Source: Rhodobacter capsulatus SB 1003
GTDB lineage: Bacteria > Pseudomonadota > Alphaproteobacteria > Rhodobacterales > Rhodobacteraceae
Direction of reading: 5' to 3'
Length of the DNA: 32,000 bases
Assembly: GCF_000021865.1 (NCBI RefSeq)
Contig: NC_014034.1
Span: 1,140,001-1,172,000 of the forward strand
Made by a program: the position numbers and the translations under genes. The notes beneath the pieces are model-generated. The model searched no databases, was not told the DNA's origin, and worked only from the letters and a program-made list of their open reading frames with translations. Position 1 is the first letter of the stretch. The number at the start of each line of letters is the position of its first letter. Of the stretch, positions 23,174 through 32,000 are shown one piece after another.

Positions 23174-24234
23174 CACGTGAAGACGGCGACGCCCCGGACA
23201 TGACACCCGATCTTATCCCCCCGTCCCCGGCCGCATCGGCCGGGGGCGATCTGCCGCCGCCCGCGGGCCCCTGGCGGCGCGCGCTGACCGGCCTTGCCGC
23301 AAGCCCCACCGCGGTGCTTTCGGGGCTGGGCATCCTGCTGATCGTTCTCGCAATGGCGCTTGCGCCGGTCTATGCGAAATATGTCGCCAAGACCGATCCG
23401 TTCCGCTCGGGGCTGAGTGCGAAGATCCTGATCGACGGCAAGCGCTCGCCGGTGATGGTGCGCTCGACCGAGGGGCTGGGCCTGGGCGTCACGCCGATCG
23501 GCCCGACCTGGGGGCCGCAATATTTCCTGGGCGCCGATGCGCAGGGCCGCGACGTGGCGGCGCGGTTTCTCTATGGCGGGCAGAATTCGCTGTTCATCGC
23601 CGGGGCCGCGACGCTTCTGTGCCTTGTCTGCGCGGCGCTTGTCGGCATTGTGGCGGGCTATGCCGGGGGCGTCGTGGACACGGTGCTGTCGAACCTGATC
23701 GACATGATCTGGGCCTTTCCGGTCTATCTTCTGGCGATCTCGCTGTCGATCGTGATGCTGGGAAAGACCTTTGATTTCGGGCCGATCCACCTGTCCTCAT
23801 CTAGCCTGATCGTGCCGATCGTGATCATCGGGCTGGTCTATGTGCCCTATGTCGCAAGGCCGGTCCGCGGCCGGGTGATCGCCATCACCAACAGCGAATT
23901 CGTGCTGGCGGCGCGCGGCCTTGGCATCCGGCCCTCGCGCATCCTGTGGCGTCACATCCTGCCCAATGTCGCCACCACGCTGATCGTCTTTGCGCCGATG
24001 CTGATGGCGCTCAACATCGTCACCGAAAGCGCGCTGTCGTTCCTGTCGGTCGGCGTGCAGGCGCCCAATGCCAGCTGGGGCACGATCCTGCAGGACGGGC
24101 AGGCGCTGCTTTATTCCCGCCCCGTCGTCTCGATGGCGCCGGGGCTGGCGATCATGGTGACGGTGATGCTGCTCAACCTGTTCGGGGATGTGCTGCGCGA
24201 CATCCTTGATCCGAAATCCGTGCGGGGGCGCTGA
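23170..24234 (+). CDS. ABC peptide transporter permease (DppC/OppC-like)
   Basis: ATGA overlap with the SBP stop. The EAA-type loop is SEFVLAARGLGIRPSRILWRHILPN. Polytopic membrane protein. Confidence 0.85.
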   Translation: MTREDGDAPDMTPDLIPPSPAASAGGDLPPPAGPWRRALTGLAASPTAVLSGLGILLIVLAMALAPVYAKYVAKTDPFRSGLSAKILIDGKRSPVMVRSTEGLGLGVTPIGPTWGPQYFLGADAQGRDVAARFLYGGQNSLFIAGAATLLCLVCAALVGIVAGYAGGVVDTVLSNLIDMIWAFPVYLLAISLSIVMLGKTFDFGPIHLSSSSLIVPIVIIGLVYVPYVARPVRGRVIAITNSEFVLAARGLGIRPSRILWRHILPNVATTLIVFAPMLMALNIVTESALSFLSVGVQAPNASWGTILQDGQALLYSRPVVSMAPGLAIMVTVMLLNLFGDVLRDILDPKSVRGR

Positions 24235-25205
24235 TGCTGGCGGCAGTTCTGGCGCGGCTTGCGCGGATGGCGGTGGTGATGCTGGGGATCAGCATCCTGA
24301 CCTTCCTGATCTTTTTCGCCACCCCCGGCGCCGATCCGGCCGCGCGGATCGCCGGGCGCAATGCCGCGCCCGAAACGGTGATCGCGGTGCGGCACGACTT
24401 CGGCCTCGATCGGCCGATCTGGGTGCAATACGGGGTGATGATGCGCAAGATGTTCATCACCGGCGATTTGACGTCGTTCGTCAACCGCGGCGAAAAGATC
24501 GTGCCCGCGCTGCGCGCCGCCGCGCCGGTGACGCTGTCGCTGGTGGCAGGCGCCGCCGTGCTCTGGATGGTGCTGGGCGCGGTCACCGGCATCCTTGCCG
24601 CGGCGACCAAGGACCGGTGGCCCGACAAGATCCTGATGGGCGTCTCGATGATGGCCGTGGCCATGCCGGTCTTCTGGGTCGGCGAGATGGTCAACCTGAT
24701 CACCCAGAGCCGGTTTCACGACACCTGGGCCTTTTCCTGGGTGCCGCCGCTCGGCTACGTGCCCTTCACCGAAAGCCCCTTGCGCTGGGCCTTGGCGCTG
24801 GTCTTTCCCTGGCTGACGCTCGCCTTCCTTTACATCGGGCTTTACGGGCGGATGCTGCGCACGGGCATTCTTGAAACCTATCAGGAAGATTACATCCGCA
24901 CCGCCCGCGCCAAGGGGCTGACGGCGCGGCGGGTGCTGCTCAAACACGCCACCCGCAGCGCGATCATTCCCGTCGTCATCATGTTCGGCATGGATTTCGG
25001 CGTGCTGGTCGGCGGGGCGGCGGTGCTGACCGAAGTCGTCTTCGGTCTCAACGGCGTGGGGCGGCTGACCTATCAGGCGCTCAAGGCGCTGGATCTGCCG
25101 ATGATCATGGCCTCGGTGCTTTATGCCTCCTTCTTCGTGGTGCTGGCCAATGCCGTCGTCGACCTTCTGTGCATTCTGATTGATCCGAGGATGCGGCGCA
25201 AATGA
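24234..25205 (+). CDS. ABC peptide transporter permease (DppB/OppB-like)
   Basis: The N-terminus (LARLARMAVVMLGISILTFLIFFATPGADP) and the loop YIRTARAKGLTARRVLLKHATR are typical of DppB. 1-nt stop/start overlap (TGATG). Confidence 0.9.
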   Translation: MLAAVLARLARMAVVMLGISILTFLIFFATPGADPAARIAGRNAAPETVIAVRHDFGLDRPIWVQYGVMMRKMFITGDLTSFVNRGEKIVPALRAAAPVTLSLVAGAAVLWMVLGAVTGILAAATKDRWPDKILMGVSMMAVAMPVFWVGEMVNLITQSRFHDTWAFSWVPPLGYVPFTESPLRWALALVFPWLTLAFLYIGLYGRMLRTGILETYQEDYIRTARAKGLTARRVLLKHATRSAIIPVVIMFGMDFGVLVGGAAVLTEVVFGLNGVGRLTYQALKALDLPMIMASVLYASFFVVLANAVVDLLCILIDPRMRRK

Positions 25206-27031
25206 CCGATCTTTCCCCCGCCGCGCCGATCCTGAGCGTGCGCGATCTGCGCGTCTCCTTTGCGGGCGCGCGCAAAAGCTGGACCCGGGTGGTCAACGGC
25301 CTGTCGCTCGATGTGGCGGCGGGGGAAACCGTGGCGCTTGTGGGCGAATCCGGCTCGGGCAAAAGCGTCACCTCGCTGGCGCTGATGCGTCTGCTCGATC
25401 CGGCGACCAGCCGCATCGAGGGGCGGATCACCCTTGACGGCCACGAGGTGCTTGCCCTGTCCGAGGCCGAGATGGTGGCGAAGATCCGCGGCCAGCGCGC
25501 CGCGATGATCTTTCAGGAGCCGATGACCAGCCTGCACCCGATCTACACCGTCGGCGATCAGCTGATCGAGGCGCTGACCTGCCACCGGCCGATGCCGCTT
25601 GCGCAGGCGCGCAAGGCGGCGGTGGCGCTGATGGAGCGGGTGCGCATCCCCGATGCGGCGCGCAGGCTCGGCGATTATCCGCATGCCTTTTCGGGCGGAA
25701 TGCGGCAGCGGGTGATGATTGCGATGGCGCTGGCCTCGCGGCCGAAACTGCTGATCGCCGATGAGCCGACGACCGCGCTCGATGTCACGGTGCAGGGCGA
25801 AATCCTGTCGCTTCTCAAGGAGTTGCAGGCCGAATTCGGGATGGCGATGCTGTTTGTCACGCATGACATGGGGGTGGTGGCGGAAATGGCCGATCGCACC
25901 GTGGTGATGCTGCGCGGCGACGTGGTCGAGGACGGCCCGACCGAACAGGTGTTCCGCGCCCCGCGCCAGCCCTATACCCGCGCGCTTCTGGCCTCGGTTC
26001 CGGCGCTCGGTTCGATGGCGGGCGAGCCGGTGCCGCTGCGCTTTCCGGTGATCGACACGGCCACGGGCCAGGTCACGCCGGGCAGGCCGCTGACGCGCCA
26101 GCCCGACCTCACGGCGCCGCTGCTTCAGGTGCGCGGTCTGGTGACGCGGTTCGATGTGCGCGGCGGGCTGTTGCGGCGCAGGGTGGCCCGCGTGCATGCG
26201 GTGGAAAACCTGTCCTTCGCGATCCATCCGGCCGAAACGCTGGCGCTGGTGGGCGAATCCGGTTGCGGGAAATCGACCACCGGCCGGGCGATCATCCGGC
26301 TGGCGGCCGGGCAGTCCACGGGCTCGGTGCGGCTGGGCGAGACCGAGCTTTTCGCGCTCGATCCCGGGCGGTTGCGGCTGCAGCGGCGCGAGATCCAGAT
26401 GATCCCGCAAGATCCGCTGGCCAGTCTCAATCCGCGCATGACGATCGGCGAGGCGCTGGTCGAGCCGTTCCTCGAACACTGCATGGGCAGCGCCGCCGAG
26501 GCCCGCGCCAAGGCCGCGCGGCTGATGGGGCAGGTGGGGCTGGATCCGGCGATGCTGGAACGCTTCCCGCATGAATTTTCCGGCGGGCAGCGGCAGCGGC
26601 TCTGCATTGCCCGCGCGCTGATGCTCGACCCGAAGGTGATCATCGCCGATGAATCGGTCTCGGCGCTGGATGTCTCGGTCAAGGCGCAGGTGGTCAATCT
26701 GCTGCTCGACATTCAGGAACGCACCGGCATCGCCTTTCTGTTCATCTCGCATGATATCGCGGTGGTGGAACGGATCAGCCACCGCATCGCGGTGATGTAT
26801 CAGGGCGAGATCGTCGAAATCGGGCCGCGCGCGGCGGTGATGGAAAACCCGCTGCATCCCTATACGCGTCGGCTGATCGACGCGGTGGCGATCCCCGATC
26901 CGGCGCGTCGCCATCTGCGCCGCAGCCAGCCGCCGTCGGAACTGATGAACCCGATCCGTGATCTGGGCTTCGTGCCACCGAAACGGCGCTATCGCGAGGC
27001 CTCGCCCGGCCATTTCGTGCGCGAGGATTGA
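25202..27031 (+). CDS. fused double ATP-binding-cassette ATPase (DppD-DppF fusion), 609 aa
   Basis: Two Walker A motifs (GESGSGKS, GESGCGKS), two signature motifs (FSGGMRQR, FSGGQRQR) and two Walker B motifs (LLIADEPTTALD, VIIADESVSALD). ATGA overlap at 25202-25205. Confidence 0.9.
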   Translation: MTDLSPAAPILSVRDLRVSFAGARKSWTRVVNGLSLDVAAGETVALVGESGSGKSVTSLALMRLLDPATSRIEGRITLDGHEVLALSEAEMVAKIRGQRAAMIFQEPMTSLHPIYTVGDQLIEALTCHRPMPLAQARKAAVALMERVRIPDAARRLGDYPHAFSGGMRQRVMIAMALASRPKLLIADEPTTALDVTVQGEILSLLKELQAEFGMAMLFVTHDMGVVAEMADRTVVMLRGDVVEDGPTEQVFRAPRQPYTRALLASVPALGSMAGEPVPLRFPVIDTATGQVTPGRPLTRQPDLTAPLLQVRGLVTRFDVRGGLLRRRVARVHAVENLSFAIHPAETLALVGESGCGKSTTGRAIIRLAAGQSTGSVRLGETELFALDPGRLRLQRREIQMIPQDPLASLNPRMTIGEALVEPFLEHCMGSAAEARAKAARLMGQVGLDPAMLERFPHEFSGGQRQRLCIARALMLDPKVIIADESVSALDVSVKAQVVNLLLDIQERTGIAFLFISHDIAVVERISHRIAVMYQGEIVEIGPRAAVMENPLHPYTRRLIDAVAIPDPARRHLRRSQPPSELMNPIRDLGFVPPKRRYREASPGHFVRED

Positions 27032-27074
27032 GCCTTTCCGCGCGCACCATCCCCTTCAAACTTCAGAGGTTGTC

Positions 27075-28550
27075 ATGCCTGTCACCGTTTCCCGCTCCAC
27101 CGGCCCGATGCCCGATACCCGCGTCGTCATCCTGCCGCTGACCGCCGCGCTCGCCCTTGGCCCGCGGGCCGCGGCGCTGGAGGCGGCCTCAAAGGGCGCG
27201 ATCCGCCGCGCGCTGGACGCGGCGCGGTTCAAGGCGGCCGAGGGGGCCTGCCTTGATATTCTGGCGCCGCAGCGGCTGGCCTCTGCGCGCATCATCGTTC
27301 TGGGCCTTGGCGCCCCCGAGGCGCTGACCCCCCTTGCGGCGACCCGGGCGGGGGTGGCCCTTGCGCGCCATCTTGAAGCCCTGGGCGAAGAGGCCGCGAC
27401 GCTGGTGCAGGATGGCGACGGCCCCGAGGCGGCCGAGCTTCTTGCCGCGCTCGTCCACGGGGTGCGGCTGGGCAATTATCGCGCGCCCCTGATGGGCCGC
27501 GCCGATCGGCCCTTCACGCTGCAGCTGGCCCTTGCCACCGATCTTGAGGCCGATGCCGCGCTCGCCCGGATGGAGGCGCTGGCCGAGGGGGTGACGCTGG
27601 CCCGCGATCTGGTAAACTTTCCGGCCAGCCACCTGCATCCCGACAATTTCGCCGATCATCTTGGCCCGCTTGCCGCCGCCGGGATCGCGATCGAGGTGAT
27701 GGACGCCGACGAATTGGCGCGTCTGGGGATGAATGCGGTTCTGGCCGTCGGCATGGGCTCGGCGCGCAAGCCGCGGGTGATCACCCTCCGCTATCGCCCC
27801 GAGGGCAGCCCCGAAGCGCCCGTCGCGCTGGTCGGCAAGGGGATCTGTTTCGACGCGGGCGGGCTGTGCATCAAGTCCGGGCCGCAGATGTTCGGCATGC
27901 GCGCCGACATGAGCGGGGCCGCGGCCGTGATCGGCGCGATGCTGGCGCTGGCGCGGCAGGGCAGCCGCGAACATGTCGTGGGGGTTCTGGGCATCGCCGA
28001 AAACCTGCTCTCGGGCAGTTCCTACAAGCCCGGCGACATCGTCACCACGCTCTCGGGCAAGACGGTCGAAGTCTATGACACCGATTGCGAGGGCCGGATG
28101 GTTCTGGCCGACATCCTTTATCTTGCGGCCAGCCGTCATAAACCGCGGGTGATCGTCGATCTGGCGACGCTGACCTATTCGGTGATGCAGGGGCTGGGCC
28201 ATGTCTTTGCCGGGCTGTTCGCCACCGATGATGACCTTGCGGCAGAGCTTCTGGCGGCGGGGGAAAGCGTGGGCGAGCGGTTCTGGCGGCTGCCGCTCGA
28301 TCCGGCCTATGAGGTGGAGTTGCGCACGCCCTTGGCCGATCTGCGCCAGCATGCCGCCGATCTGCACGATGGCGACGCGCCCCATGCCGCGGCCTTCCTG
28401 CGCCAGTTCACCTGCGGCTGTCGCTGGGCGCATCTTGACATCGCGGGCAAGGAACTGGCCGAGAAAGACCTGCCGCTCGCCCGTCGCGGCGGCACCGGCT
28501 TCGGGGTTCGTCTGCTTGAAGAGTGGATCACCGAGGTCGCGCAGGCGTAA
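27075..28550 (+). CDS. pepA: leucyl aminopeptidase, M17 family
   Basis: VGKGICFDAGGLCIK, MRADMSGAA and DTDCEGRM correspond to the conserved M17 metal and catalytic motifs. ATG at 27075 with AGAGG upstream. Confidence 0.9.
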   Translation: MPVTVSRSTGPMPDTRVVILPLTAALALGPRAAALEAASKGAIRRALDAARFKAAEGACLDILAPQRLASARIIVLGLGAPEALTPLAATRAGVALARHLEALGEEAATLVQDGDGPEAAELLAALVHGVRLGNYRAPLMGRADRPFTLQLALATDLEADAALARMEALAEGVTLARDLVNFPASHLHPDNFADHLGPLAAAGIAIEVMDADELARLGMNAVLAVGMGSARKPRVITLRYRPEGSPEAPVALVGKGICFDAGGLCIKSGPQMFGMRADMSGAAAVIGAMLALARQGSREHVVGVLGIAENLLSGSSYKPGDIVTTLSGKTVEVYDTDCEGRMVLADILYLAASRHKPRVIVDLATLTYSVMQGLGHVFAGLFATDDDLAAELLAAGESVGERFWRLPLDPAYEVELRTPLADLRQHAADLHDGDAPHAAAFLRQFTCGCRWAHLDIAGKELAEKDLPLARRGGTGFGVRLLEEWITEVAQA

Positions 28551-28557
28551 AGCGCGC

Positions 28558-28585
28558 GTGCCCGGCTGCGTCGCAAGCCGGGCAC
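28558..28585. terminator. 9-bp-stem hairpin between convergent pepA and the PNPOx-family gene; candidate bidirectional terminator without a clear U-tract
   Basis: GTGCCCGGC (28558-28566) / GCCGGGCAC (28577-28585) with a 10-nt loop. Confidence 0.45.
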
Positions 28586-28607
28586 GAAAGACCAATCGGC
28601 AACAGGC

Positions 28608-29261
28608 TCAGCCGATCCGCGGCTTGCGGGCGTGATCGGGCACGGAAACGCCCGGCAGGTTGCGCGGATCGGGGATCGGCGCGCCGATCTGCAGCGACAC
28701 CGGCACCACCCCGGCCCAGATCGGCAGGGCGTAATCTTCCGGCTCGTCATTCGGCCCGCCGCTGCGCAGCTTGGCCGAGCCTTCCGTGATCGGCAGGCCA
28801 AGCACCATCGTGCCCTTCAGATCCTGCGGATGATCGGGGCGCAGCCCCTCGTAGCGGCCGGGGAAAAGATGGTTCACGAAAGCCGCAAGCCGGGCCAGTT
28901 TCTCGGCCGGATCCTCGACCACGAAGGCGGTGCCAAACAGCGTCACCGAGCGCGAATTGACCGTGTGATGAAAGCCCGAGCGCGCCAGAACGAAGCCGTC
29001 AAGGATCGAAACCGAGAGACAGACTTCGGTTCCCTTGCCCGCCCGCAGCGCGCGGCTGGCCGAGGAACCGTGCCAGTAGACATGATCGCCCTCGCGCCAT
29101 TGCAGCGTGGGCGTCACATAGGGTTTGCCCTCCATCACATAGCCCACCGAACACAGCGGCTGGGCATCCAGAATGGCGTCGATGGTGGCGCGGTCATGGG
29201 CGCCGCGCTCGTGCAGGCGGCGCAGGCGGCTGCGTTCGGTGACGGCAAGGCTCTCGCTCAT
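28608..29261 (-). CDS. pyridoxamine 5'-phosphate oxidase-family FMN-binding protein, 217 aa
   Basis: MSESLAVTERSRLRRLHERGAHDRATIDAILDAQPLCSVGYV.EGKPYVTPTLQWREGDHVYWHGS is the typical N-terminus of the PNPOx-like split-barrel family. ATG at 29261-29259 with AGGAGA upstream. The rest of the 675-aa track ORF is an antisense artefact over the MocR gene. Confidence 0.8.
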   Translation of the reverse strand: MSESLAVTERSRLRRLHERGAHDRATIDAILDAQPLCSVGYVMEGKPYVTPTLQWREGDHVYWHGSSASRALRAGKGTEVCLSVSILDGFVLARSGFHHTVNSRSVTLFGTAFVVEDPAEKLARLAAFVNHLFPGRYEGLRPDHPQDLKGTMVLGLPITEGSAKLRSGGPNDEPEDYALPIWAGVVPVSLQIGAPIPDPRNLPGVSVPDHARKPRIG

Positions 29262-29318
29262 CGGGGTCTCCTGAATCCGTTGCTGTTGCAGGCCTAGCGC
29301 GATAGTGGATATGGGAAC

Positions 29319-30752
29319 ATGGCCAATCCGGATAAAAAAGACCGATCCACTTTCGAGGCCGCGCTGTTCGGCCTGACGCTTGCCCGCGGGGCCGGGCCGT
29401 TGCATCTGCAGCTGACCGAGGCCCTGCGGGCGCTGATCCTGCGCGGCGGCGCGGCCGGGCGGCGGCTGCCTTCCAGCCGGGCGCTGGCGGGCGAGCTGTC
29501 GGTGTCGCGGCTCACCGTCACCACCGCTTATGACCAGCTGATCGCCGAGGGCTATCTGCAGACGCGTCCGGGCGCGGGCACTTTCGTGGCCGGGGATCTG
29601 CCGCATCTGGCCCCGCCGCCGCCGGGCGTGCCGCCGCTGACGCGTCACACCGCGCCGGTCCTGCCCTTCCTGCCCGGTCTGCCCGATCAGCGGCTGTTTC
29701 CGCACCGGCTCTGGGCGCGGCATCTTGAACGGGCCTGGCGCGCGCCCGAGGCCGGGTTGCTGGACCGGGCCGATCCTTTCGGCTGGTATCCGCTGCGCGC
29801 CTCGATCGCCGATCATCTGGCGGTCTGGCGGGGCCTTGCCTGTACGCCCGAGCAGGTGGTGATCACCTCCGGCGCGCGCGACGTGACCGAGATCCTGTGC
29901 CATGCGCTGTTGCCGCCGGGCGCTGCGGTGGCGACGGAGGACCCCGGCTGGCCGGTGCAGCAGGCGCTTCTGGGCGATCTCGGGGCGCGGCCGCTTCCGC
30001 TGCGCATCGGCGCCGAAGGGCTTGACCCGGCAGCGATTCCGCAGGGCACGCAGGCGGTGATCGTCACCCCCTCGCGGCAGTATCCGACCGGGGTGGCGAT
30101 GGCGCTGCCGCAGCGTCTTGCGCTGCTGGGCTGGGCGCGCGCGACGGGCGGGCTGATCGTCGAGGATGATTACGACGGCGAATTTCGCTATCGCGGCCAG
30201 CCGCTGCCCAGCCTTGCCGGGCTCGACGGTCTGCGCGCGACGCTTTATTCCGGCTCGTTCTCGAAGCTGCTGAGCCCGGGGCTTCGGATCGGCTATCTGG
30301 TGGTGCCCGAAGCGCTTGCGGGCCGGGTGCGGCGCTATCTGGCGCGGGGTGGGCTGCGGGTCTCGCTGCTGCCGCAACCGGCGCTTGCGGCCTTCATGGC
30401 GAGCGGCGAATTTGCCACCCATCTGCGGCGGATGCGCCGCGTTTATGCGGCACGGCAGGCGGTGCTGATCGATGCCTTGCAGCCGGTGGCCGGGCTGCTG
30501 GAGCTGCGCCCGGATGCCTCCGGCATGCATCTGGTGGCGCCGCTTGCGGCCGCGCTGCGCGCCCGCGCCTCCGATGCGGAGATCGTCCTGCGCGGCGCCG
30601 ATCGCGGGCTGACGCTGAAGGCGCTGTCGGCCCATGCGCAGCTGCCCGCGCCGCCGCAGGGCCTTGTGCTGGGCTACACCGCCTTTGACGAGGCGCAGAT
30701 CCGCGCCGCCGCCGCGCGGCTGTGCGATCTGCTGCGCGAGATCGCCGCCTGA
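29319..30752 (+). CDS. MocR/PdxR-type regulator (GntR winged-helix fused to a fold-type-I aminotransferase-like domain)
   Basis: The GntR HTH is LPSSRALAGELSVSRLTVTTAYDQLIAEGYLQTRPGAGTFV. A long aminotransferase-like domain follows, with the YSGSFSKLLSPGLRIGY PLP-lysine motif. Divergent from a PNPOx-family gene, the classic MocR arrangement. Confidence 0.9.
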   Translation: MANPDKKDRSTFEAALFGLTLARGAGPLHLQLTEALRALILRGGAAGRRLPSSRALAGELSVSRLTVTTAYDQLIAEGYLQTRPGAGTFVAGDLPHLAPPPPGVPPLTRHTAPVLPFLPGLPDQRLFPHRLWARHLERAWRAPEAGLLDRADPFGWYPLRASIADHLAVWRGLACTPEQVVITSGARDVTEILCHALLPPGAAVATEDPGWPVQQALLGDLGARPLPLRIGAEGLDPAAIPQGTQAVIVTPSRQYPTGVAMALPQRLALLGWARATGGLIVEDDYDGEFRYRGQPLPSLAGLDGLRATLYSGSFSKLLSPGLRIGYLVVPEALAGRVRRYLARGGLRVSLLPQPALAAFMASGEFATHLRRMRRVYAARQAVLIDALQPVAGLLELRPDASGMHLVAPLAAALRARASDAEIVLRGADRGLTLKALSAHAQLPAPPQGLVLGYTAFDEAQIRAAAARLCDLLREIAA

Positions 30753-30758
30753 GGCGAC

Positions 30759-32000
30759 TCAGACGGGGCGCGGCACCAGCGGCGGGGCAAGATCGGCGGG
30801 CAGGGGGCTGGTATAGGGCGTGCGCGCCAGACGGCGGGCATGTTCGGCCTGCGCCGCGGCCAGCAGCTCGGTATCGGTCCAAAGCCGCTCGGCCAGAAGC
30901 GCCATCGCGCTTGCCGCATGCGTCATGCCCTTGTGCGCCGCCGCCGATTTGCCCTGCGCGGTCAGCTGCCAGCTGTGCCCCGGCGTGCCGATCGCATGGC
31001 AGGCCACCAGAACTTCGGTCGTGGGCACCGCCCAGGTCACATCCGAGACATCGGTCGAGCCGATCATCTTGTCCCCGCCCGGCTTGAGCGGCACGATCCA
31101 GTCGCAGAGCGGCGCCGCGGTGGGCTCCTGCGCCACGGCGCGCCAGGGCGCTTCAAGGTCGGTCGGGCTCAGCGTCGCGCGGATCGCCTCGGCATAGGCG
31201 CGGTCGGCGGCATCAAAGGGCACGCCGCCCAGATCCTCCAGCACCTGCTGCATGGCGCGGTCCATCACCTCGTTCACCAGGTTGTTCGACACCGCCGAGA
31301 TCACCTGAAAATCAACCGCCGTGCCCGTCATCAGCGCCGCGCCGCGGGCCACGTCCTTCACCCGCTCGACCAGCGCCAGCATGTCCGAAAGCTCCAGCGC
31401 CCGGATCGAATAGCGCACCCTGGCGCGGGCCTGCACCACATTCGGCGCGGTGCCGCCCGCGTCCATATAGGCGTAGTGGATGCGGGCGCCGTTCACCATA
31501 TGCTCGCGCAGGTAGTTCACGCCGACCGACATCAGCTCGACCGCATCCAGCGCCGAGCGCCCCAGATGCGGCGTCGCGGCGGCATGGCTGGCGCGGCCGG
31601 TGAAGCTGAAATCCATCCGCGTGTTGGCAAGGCTTTCGGGGTCATCGACCCGGGTCATGCCGTCGGGGTGCCAGGTGATCGCGGCATCGACCCCCGCAAA
31701 GGCGCCGTCGCGCACCATGAAGGCTTTCGCGGCGCCGCCCTCCTCGGCGGGGCAGCCGTAATAGCGCACCCGGCCCGGCGTGCCGGTGGCGGCCAGCCAG
31801 TCCTTCAGCGCGCAGGCCGCCAGAAGCGAGGCCGCGCCCAGAAGGTTATGGCCGCAGCCATGGCCATTGCCGCCCTCGACCACCGGCTGCGGCTCGGCGA
31901 TGCCCGCGACCTGGCTCAGCCCGGGCAGGGCGTCATATTCGCCAAGGATCGCGATCACCGGCCCGCCGTCGCCCGCTTCGCCCATCACCGCGGTCGGAAT
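30759..32000 (-). CDS. M20-family amidohydrolase, aminobenzoyl-glutamate utilisation protein B-like (5' end runs off the window)
   Basis: GEYDALPGLSQ...GHGCGHNLLGAASL...YYGCPAEEGGAAKAFMVRDG is the AbgB-like M20 pattern. The frame stays open to position 32000, and the family is usually about 480 aa, so the N-terminus lies outside the window. Confidence 0.85.
   Translation of the reverse strand: MPTAVMGEAGDGGPVIAILGEYDALPGLSQVAGIAEPQPVVEGGNGHGCGHNLLGAASLLAACALKDWLAATGTPGRVRYYGCPAEEGGAAKAFMVRDGAFAGVDAAITWHPDGMTRVDDPESLANTRMDFSFTGRASHAAATPHLGRSALDAVELMSVGVNYLREHMVNGARIHYAYMDAGGTAPNVVQARARVRYSIRALELSDMLALVERVKDVARGAALMTGTAVDFQVISAVSNNLVNEVMDRAMQQVLEDLGGVPFDAADRAYAEAIRATLSPTDLEAPWRAVAQEPTAAPLCDWIVPLKPGGDKMIGSTDVSDVTWAVPTTEVLVACHAIGTPGHSWQLTAQGKSAAAHKGMTHAASAMALLAERLWTDTELLAAAQAEHARRLARTPYTSPLPADLAPPLVPRPV

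Noticed and set aside
18337-23206. ORFs 18337..19647 (-), 19491..20582 (+), 20462..21205 (+) and 21251..23206 (-)
   Set aside because: Each is antisense to a gene with strong family motifs (GT fusion, proline iminopeptidase, LuxR, SBP) and has shadow-ORF composition.
28070-28100. M17 motif reads DTDCEGRM instead of the usual NTDAEGRL
   Set aside because: The metal-binding Asp and Glu and the catalytic Arg are retained. The changes affect non-catalytic positions, so this is probably ordinary family variation.
25121-28595. ORFs 25121..27013 (-) and 27189..28595 (-)
   Set aside because: They are antisense to the double ABC ATPase and the M17 aminopeptidase, and are rich in R/H/P/G. They are artefacts.
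29262-30635. N-terminal 458 residues of the 675-aa minus-strand ORF 28608..30635
   Set aside because: Only the last 217 codons (from the ATG at 29261, which has an AGGAGA RBS) form a PNPOx-like protein. The upstream part is antisense to the MocR gene and compositionally junk.

Overview
High-GC (about 65-75% in hand-counted lines) alphaproteobacterial chromosome. The proteins I recognise point to Rhodobacter capsulatus or a very close relative. This is recognition from memory, not a database hit.

The window contains five blocks:
1. 71-7696: a light-sensing neighbourhood. Photoactive yellow protein (pyp) sits in a tight four-gene operon with three unassignable ORFs. Nearby are tyrosine ammonia-lyase (makes the p-coumarate chromophore) preceded by two unknown ORFs, a lone gvpA gas-vesicle gene, and a soluble dual-PAS chemoreceptor.
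2. 7841-9368: three small genes (coiled-coil protein, DCC-family thiol oxidoreductase, SH3 lipoprotein).
3. 9611-10839: a two-gene phage-like module I recognise as the gene-transfer-agent head-spike pair (ghsA/ghsB).
4. 11255-19368: a six-gene Wzx/Wzy-type capsule locus directly after the spike pair. Its polymerase gene is a sharp low-GC island and its last gene is a GT2-GT4 fusion.
5. 19428-32000: a peptide and amino-acid scavenging block. It holds proline iminopeptidase, a LuxR-family regulator with no luxI in the window and a perfect palindrome in its promoter, a Dpp/Opp-type ABC importer, an M17 leucyl aminopeptidase, a divergent PNPOx-family/MocR pair, and a partial M20 amidohydrolase.

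I saw no rRNA, tRNA, CRISPR array, transposase or integrase. Many long ORFs in the supplied track are antisense GC artefacts and were rejected.

The best candidates for undescribed biology are the three unknown pyp-operon partners, two of which are cryptic paralogues, and the absence of a coumarate-CoA ligase. The adjacency of the GTA spike to its capsule receptor locus and the LuxR palindrome also deserve a second look.
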